Shown here: positions 58,686-64,000 of the stretch, piece after piece
Layout: each line of letters starts with the position of its first letter
How positions within the stretch are numbered: position 1 is the stretch's first letter
DNA from: Lama glama
Taxonomy: Eukaryota
Length of the DNA stretch: 64,000 nt
Direction of reading: 5' to 3'
Assembly: GCA_028534125.1 (NCBI GenBank)
Contig: CM052818.1
Span: 46,750,001-46,814,000 of the forward strand
Notes under the pieces: model-generated
What the model saw: the letters and a program-made list of their open reading frames with translations, nothing else
What the model was told of the DNA's origin: nothing
The model's database searches: none
Translations under genes and position numbers: made by a program

Positions 58686-59533
58686 TGTATCAGTTTGCTG
58701 GGACAGTGTTACCAAGATGCCTTGGGCTGGGGGCTGAAACTACAGACATTCATTTTCTCACACTTCTGGAGGCTGGAAGTCCAAGATTGACGTGTGGGCT
58801 GATTGGTTTCTCCGGCTGTTGCGGAAAAATGTGTTAGAGCTCGGGGTTACAGCTCAGTTGTGACGGCAACCTGGGTCTGGGCGAGAGACCAAGCAGCGCT
58901 TGGAGAGTTGGAAAACTCAGGTTCATTACACCGGTGGGCCCAGAGGAGTTAACACTCCAAGCTCTGGACCCTGTCTGTAGGTTTACACAGGCCTTTATAG
59001 GCTGCCAGTTTTACACTTTGCAACATCATATGCAAACAGAGTGTAACAGAAGTTGACCAACCAGGAACAAGCCTTGTAGAAATAGACCAATCAGGAGTGA
59101 AGGAAATGACCAGAAGTGAGCTCAGGGAACCAATAGACTTTTAGGGGTAAGTGAGCCGTTTCAGAGGCAAAAAGTGAGATAGAGCCTCTGGGCCAGGGAA
59201 CCGGATGGTGCCCGCACGAGAGTAGTGGCCCTGCTTGGGGGTCCTGCCAGTCTTTTTTACAGGGCTTTCTGCCTCGCTGCCACCTTTCTCCTTGTCCTCT
59301 AGACAGACAGCTGTCTTTTCCCTGGGTCCTCACATGGGCCAGGCGTGTCTGTGGCCTCATCTCCTCTTCTTATAAGGACACAAGTCATGTGGGATTAGGG
59401 CCCACCTGGGTGACCTCATTTTAACTACTTCACCTCTTTAAAGGCTCTGCCTCCAAATACAGTCTCATTCTGAGGTACCAGGAGTTAGGACTTCAACAAA
59501 TGAGTTTTGGGGCACACAGTTGGGACCATAGTA
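58686..59533 (-). mobile_element. MLT1B-type MaLR LTR split by an ERV solo LTR
   Basis: Left piece tgtatcagtttgctggg...cacacttctggaggctggaagtccaagat (58686-58816). Right piece ...atctcctcttcttataaggacacaagtcat...ttctgaggtaccaggagttaggacttcaacaaatgagttttgggg (59262-59533). Confidence 0.9.
58817..59261 (-). mobile_element. Solo ERV LTR (445 bp), probably ERV1-class, lineage-specific
   Basis: TG...CA termini. Flanks cggc (58813-58816) / gggc (59262-59265) fit a 4-bp TSD with one mismatch. Minus strand has TATAAA (58994-58999) and polyA-like AATGAA (58922-58927). CCAAT motifs lie at ~59087 and ~59130 in the putative U3. Confidence 0.8.
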
Positions 59534-60329
59534 ATGATTTTGTTTACACAGTAGAACGATGGGTATCGAGCCCCCAGCACGGGTCTGGCCCAGATTAGAT
59601 GCCGCCCCGTGTGGTTTCCTTTGTTTTCCGCTCTCTCCCTTCCTCTGCAGCTTGGGATAAATTCTCTGCAAGGGACCAGCCTGGAGGACAGTGGGCCCTG
59701 CAGAGGTTTGGGTTCCTCCCCTTCTGCCTCTGGGTTCCTCCCAGAGGTACCACTTCTCTTTGGAGAGACTCGTGGAATTACTGCCTTTTTCCTCTTTCAG
59801 CAGAGTCTGGGTCTTGGGTCACCAGCTGAGGATGGATTTTTATGGGGCTTTAGAGCCCTGTGCACATGGCTGATGGCTCCACAAGGCGGGAAAGGAATCA
59901 GGTAGCTTGCTGTTCAGATGGAGAAGACTCTGGAAGGAAGGCCGCCTGGCTGCCCAAGGCTGAGTCAGGCAGAGGCAGAGCCCAGAACAGAGCCCAGGTC
60001 CCCTGATTCCTCCCCGGAACCTGGCGGCGCCCCTTCCTTCTGAGAGCACGTCCATCTCACCTTTTGGCGCCTGATAAGCGGGGGCCTGTGGGTGAGGAGA
60101 GGCTCAGGATTCAGCCAGGAGCCCTCTTCTCCAAATCTATTCCCGTTACCTTCTGCTTCCCACCCGCCCCGTCCCACTGACGCTCGGCATCTAATGACAG
60201 TCTTTCCTATGTGTCTGTCTGTCTGTCTGCTAACTAGTTATCTGTCTGACTCGACATCCATGCAGTTGGGAACTCTGTGCGTTGCAAAACCGGCGCCACT
60301 GTGTCTGACAGTCCTGGACTTGGATGTAT

Positions 60330-60460
60330 GTCTGTCGGACCATCAGCTCCCTGAACGCAGAGATGATTTACGCTTCAGCTTTGGGTAAGTGACTCCCATC
60401 ACTTTGCTAAGGACACAGGAAGCTTCATATATGTTTACTGATTAAACAGATGAATGAATT
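60330..60460 (+). mobile_element. LINE-2 3' tail fragment
   Basis: catcagctccctgaacgcagag...acacaggaagcttcatatatgtttactgattaaacagatgaatgaat. Confidence 0.55.
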
Positions 60461-61499
60461 TCAACATGGAATTTTGAAAGTGGAAGAAACTAACGCTCCT
60501 TCCTCTGGACAAGTGCAGAAATCTCTGCAGTGTCCCTGAATGCATCTCCCCGAAGCTCCAGGGAGGAGATACTCACTCACCAAATGGCAGTTTCCTTGCT
60601 GGGAAACTTTGATGCTTAAAACTTTTTTTTTTTTTTTTTAATAGCAGCTGAACTCTGGCTCCCTCTCACGTTTACCCTGTGGTCTTAGTTCTGGGCAGGG
60701 CCTTGGAGAGCTCTGGTCCAGGGACTCTCAGAAGGGAGGACGAGGGCGACTTCTGGGTGAGGGCAAGGGGGTCAGAGGCCTCCAAAAGCATTTGAAAAAG
60801 CCGATGCACTATTATACATTTTAAAATTTGGGGAATTTCAAATGAAGTGAAGAAAAGCTCCTGTTATTTTAATGATAAAAACTATTAACTCTAAAGGGAT
60901 GAGAAGCTAAAGAGGGAAGGGGGAGAGGTAGATGATCTCTCAGTGTTCACCTGGGTCTGTTGTCTCTAGTTGTGAACTACATGCATGTCTCACCTACACA
61001 GAGAGGAAATTAAAGACGATGTTAATATGGGAAATGGGAAAAATAAAAAGGAGACAAACTTTGCTCAGTTGGGATGAACAGATGCAGTGGTTCCACAGGC
61101 ATGTCAGGGCACCCCGCTGGCTCCTTCTGCACGTGACAGCGGCGAGTTTTAACAAAGGCTAACAGACACTTGGGTGATCGGGCCCCGGAAACTCGGAGCT
61201 GTAAAGCGTTACATCCGGTCACCAAACAAGTCAACTCAATTTCTCCTCCATTTGGCAGCTGAGTTTGCAGATAAATTTGGCAGAAATAGTTTTGGCCTGA
61301 GCATGAAATTGGGGGTGTTTGTTGGCTGGTCCATTTGGATTCTTATGAGTTATTACCTTGGAGCTGACAGCAGGCAGGGGTGGCTGCTCCCCAGTTCCTG
61401 AGAGAAAACATTTGAAAATTTTGCTGTACGTCTTCTCTGAGCCTTCGTCCCACTTCACAAAACGAAAACCCAACAACTTGGGAATACATGAAAAGGTGC

Positions 61500-62130
61500 T
61501 CAGCTTCCCTGATTCATAACTGCCAATCAGAGGAGATGCCATTTTTCACCAATTGGAGTGGCAGTTTGGTCACTGCAGTGTTGAGCTGCGTGAAGAAAGA
61601 GGGTTCCCACACCCAGTTGGTGGTAGTGTAAACTGGTCCCAATTTCACTTTATTTGGTGGGAATTTCACATCAGCTATCAACACCACAAGTGCACATATT
61701 TTGAGGCCTCTAATTCTAATTCTAGAAAAATTTATTCTTCAGATAGACTCTGGTGATGCAAGTGAAGGTATGGGAACAGGCTTGCTCATTATGGCAAGAT
61801 TTGTAAAAGTGATAAATGAGGAGCTTGGTCAGTAATTGATGTCATGCCCATAAAAGGGAATATTACACGGCTGTTGAAATGCATAAGATACATTTTATAT
61901 GAAAGCATGCCAAGATGTTATTATAGTTAAACAAAAAGATAAACACTTGTGGCAATGATATACATCCATTCTTTGCAGAAAGGTATTTGTATGTATTTGT
62001 GTAGATGGAAAATTTCTGGACAGATCCATAGGAACCAGGATGGTGTTACTTCTAGAGAGAGAGTGTGTGTGTGTGGGGGGCTCTGAAACAGGCAGGAGGC
62101 TAACTTGACATTGTACAACATTTGTAGTGA
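61500..62130 (+). mobile_element. L1ME-type 3' region, decayed
   Basis: gagatgccatttttcacc...ttggtggtagtgtaaactggt...taattctaattctagaaaaatttattc...ggaatattacacggctgttgaaa...tttctggacagatccatagga. Confidence 0.7.
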
Positions 62131-64000
62131 TCACATTTGAAAAAGGCAGCCTCTCCCTCCAACAAATATCTGACCCCTCATAGGCCCTTTTGAAAATCAA
62201 ATTAGATACCTCAATTCAGATCCATAAGCTTTTAGAAAGCACTGATTAAGTTCCAGCCACTGGCTAATGTACGTAAAAACCGTTTCACAAGCTGTTAACC
62301 ACCACATAGACGGAGAGCAACTAGTTACTTCAATAAATCAAACTATAGTACAGCTAATTAACCAGTATTTATAAGAACCAGCTTCCATGTACAAGCTGGA
62401 ACTCTCCAGAACATGGAGATTCATTGCAAATGTGCAGTCATTGCTAGTTTATTAAGTGCTGGATTTTAACAGTACAAGATTACAAAGTTGCAACCTTGAG
62501 AAGCACAGTGTGACAACTCTCTCCAAATCCTTCCAGGAAGCCAGAAAGCCCTGAGAAGATATTTAGACTCGGGAAAGGCTGTTATATATCACAAGACCTG
62601 TGACAGGAGAGGGGGGGAGGGAGGGGCTGGGAGAGGAATGCTGCCGCTGGGTCACTTTTAAACAGCACAAGGCAGGCATCTTTCTCTAGGGCACCGTGGT
62701 ACCACTGTGCTTCTTTGGCCCATCCTTACTGAGCCTTCTTGGCTTGTAGATGTTTAAATAGGTTATAAATATTCAAATATTCATTAAACAACGCCTGCTC
62801 CGAGCACTCACCACCTTCTGACTGCAGTCCTCGGGGCCATTCCCCCTCTGCACTCCCAGGGCACTGATGTTATTAGGTGAGTCTCTTTTAGTTAAGATTT
62901 CTACCGTCCCCAACTGGCCTGACAGCCTTCTTCTAGCTTCTGTGTGGGTTCTGGAAGTGGATTACAGTGTGTGGCCCAGTGGCCTGTGAGGTGGTGGCTG
63001 GTGTGTTTTCCAGCATCGCCTCCCAGAGCAGCTTGAGTCAGTAGATCAGTAAGCCTCCATCCTGGCCCCCTGAAGACTATGCCTAGAAAAGGAGGTGCTT
63101 CTTAGAGCCCCCAAAGGCATCACACTGCCTTTGGGGGTTTTACACCGTTGCCCTGGGCACTCACAGTAGGGCCCTCCCAGGGAAAGCTGGCGGCTTTGGT
63201 GCCCTTTGTCACTGCAGTCCAGGTAGGAGGCTGCTGGAGGACGCCTGGAGGGAGATAATGAGTTGGGGACACAGGGAACAGGATGGACGGTCGTATTTGG
63301 TGCTGTGCTGTTGAGGCGGCCCCTGGTTACATTGTGCCTGGCATCTTTCCAATATTCAGAGCTTTATCGGGGAAAGTGAGGTTCCCCAGCCCCCATGTGG
63401 GTGGAAAGCCTGCTCCCCCGGGAAGTCCTGCCGTGGGCGGAGAGCGGGGAGCAGAAGTGGGCGAGCTCACTTCCTCTCCTCAGGAGCACACTGTGGTTCT
63501 CTGGGCCCCGCACTCCCGCGGTCAGCCCGCAGGAGAGCCAACAGCCTCCGAAGGTCAGATGTGCCCTCCACCTGGGCTGGCTGGAATCCTGGGGAGGCGA
63601 CCGTGCTGTGGGTGACCTGGGGAGGCCAGGCAGGTGGAGGGGCCCTCCAACTCCTGTCAGTCCTCCTTTAGAATCATACCCTCACCTCAAGATTTGCTTT
63701 CAAACCTCATTTTTCTCACTGCAAAGCAAATGTGTCATCTTCGGATTTAGTTGCAAATCTATCCCAGATTTGGGGTTCATTTAAAATTTGTCTTGAGCTA
63801 GTCTGCCTTGTCTTGGTTTGAAATGAGCTGTTCTGGCTCCTGAGAGGTGCCCTGACCCAGGACCACCCTTGCTGCCTTGTGGGGTCGGCCCCTGGCTGGG
63901 CACCTTCACACCCCACTTCCATCTGCGCATGCCCATCTCCCCCACCATGCTGCCCTCTGGTTTGGTCCCACTGGCCTCCCAGTTGCTTCAGCCCCTCTGC

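Noticed and set aside
58838..58870. tRNA-like text ggggttacagctcagttg
   Set aside because: No B-box or cloverleaf follows, and it lies inside the solo LTR.
1..64000. CRISPR array, operon or other novel multi-gene system
   Set aside because: No regularly spaced repeats and no dense coding structure. The sequence is explained by mammalian repeats and non-coding DNA.

Overview
Mammalian, moderately GC-rich non-coding DNA (intergenic or inside a large intron). I can support no protein-coding exon, RNA gene, CRISPR array or other prokaryotic feature. The only ORF-track peptides I recognise are decayed LINE-1 ORF2 endonuclease remnants at about 36.6-37.0 kb. The window is a mosaic of ancient eutherian repeats (MIR, L2, L1M, MLT1 LTRs, MER3/MER5/MER20/MER53, a Tigger2-type MITE) and younger lineage-specific insertions (short L1 3' ends with target-site duplications, one solo ERV LTR). 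The young L1 3' ends look cetartiodactyl-type. I saw no Alu, B1/B2, Bov-A/tA, PRE-1 or Can-SINE, so a camelid source is plausible (inference only). Between repeats lie AT-rich, motif-dense blocks that look like enhancers. The best-supported details are a twin-primed inverted L1 (3883-4248), a perfect tandem NRF2/BACH1-sMAF element (7408-7427), nested insertions that give a relative chronology, and an apparently internally deleted old L1. I found no convincing novel biological system. Repeat family names come from recalled consensus sequences, and boundaries are approximate unless TSDs are quoted.
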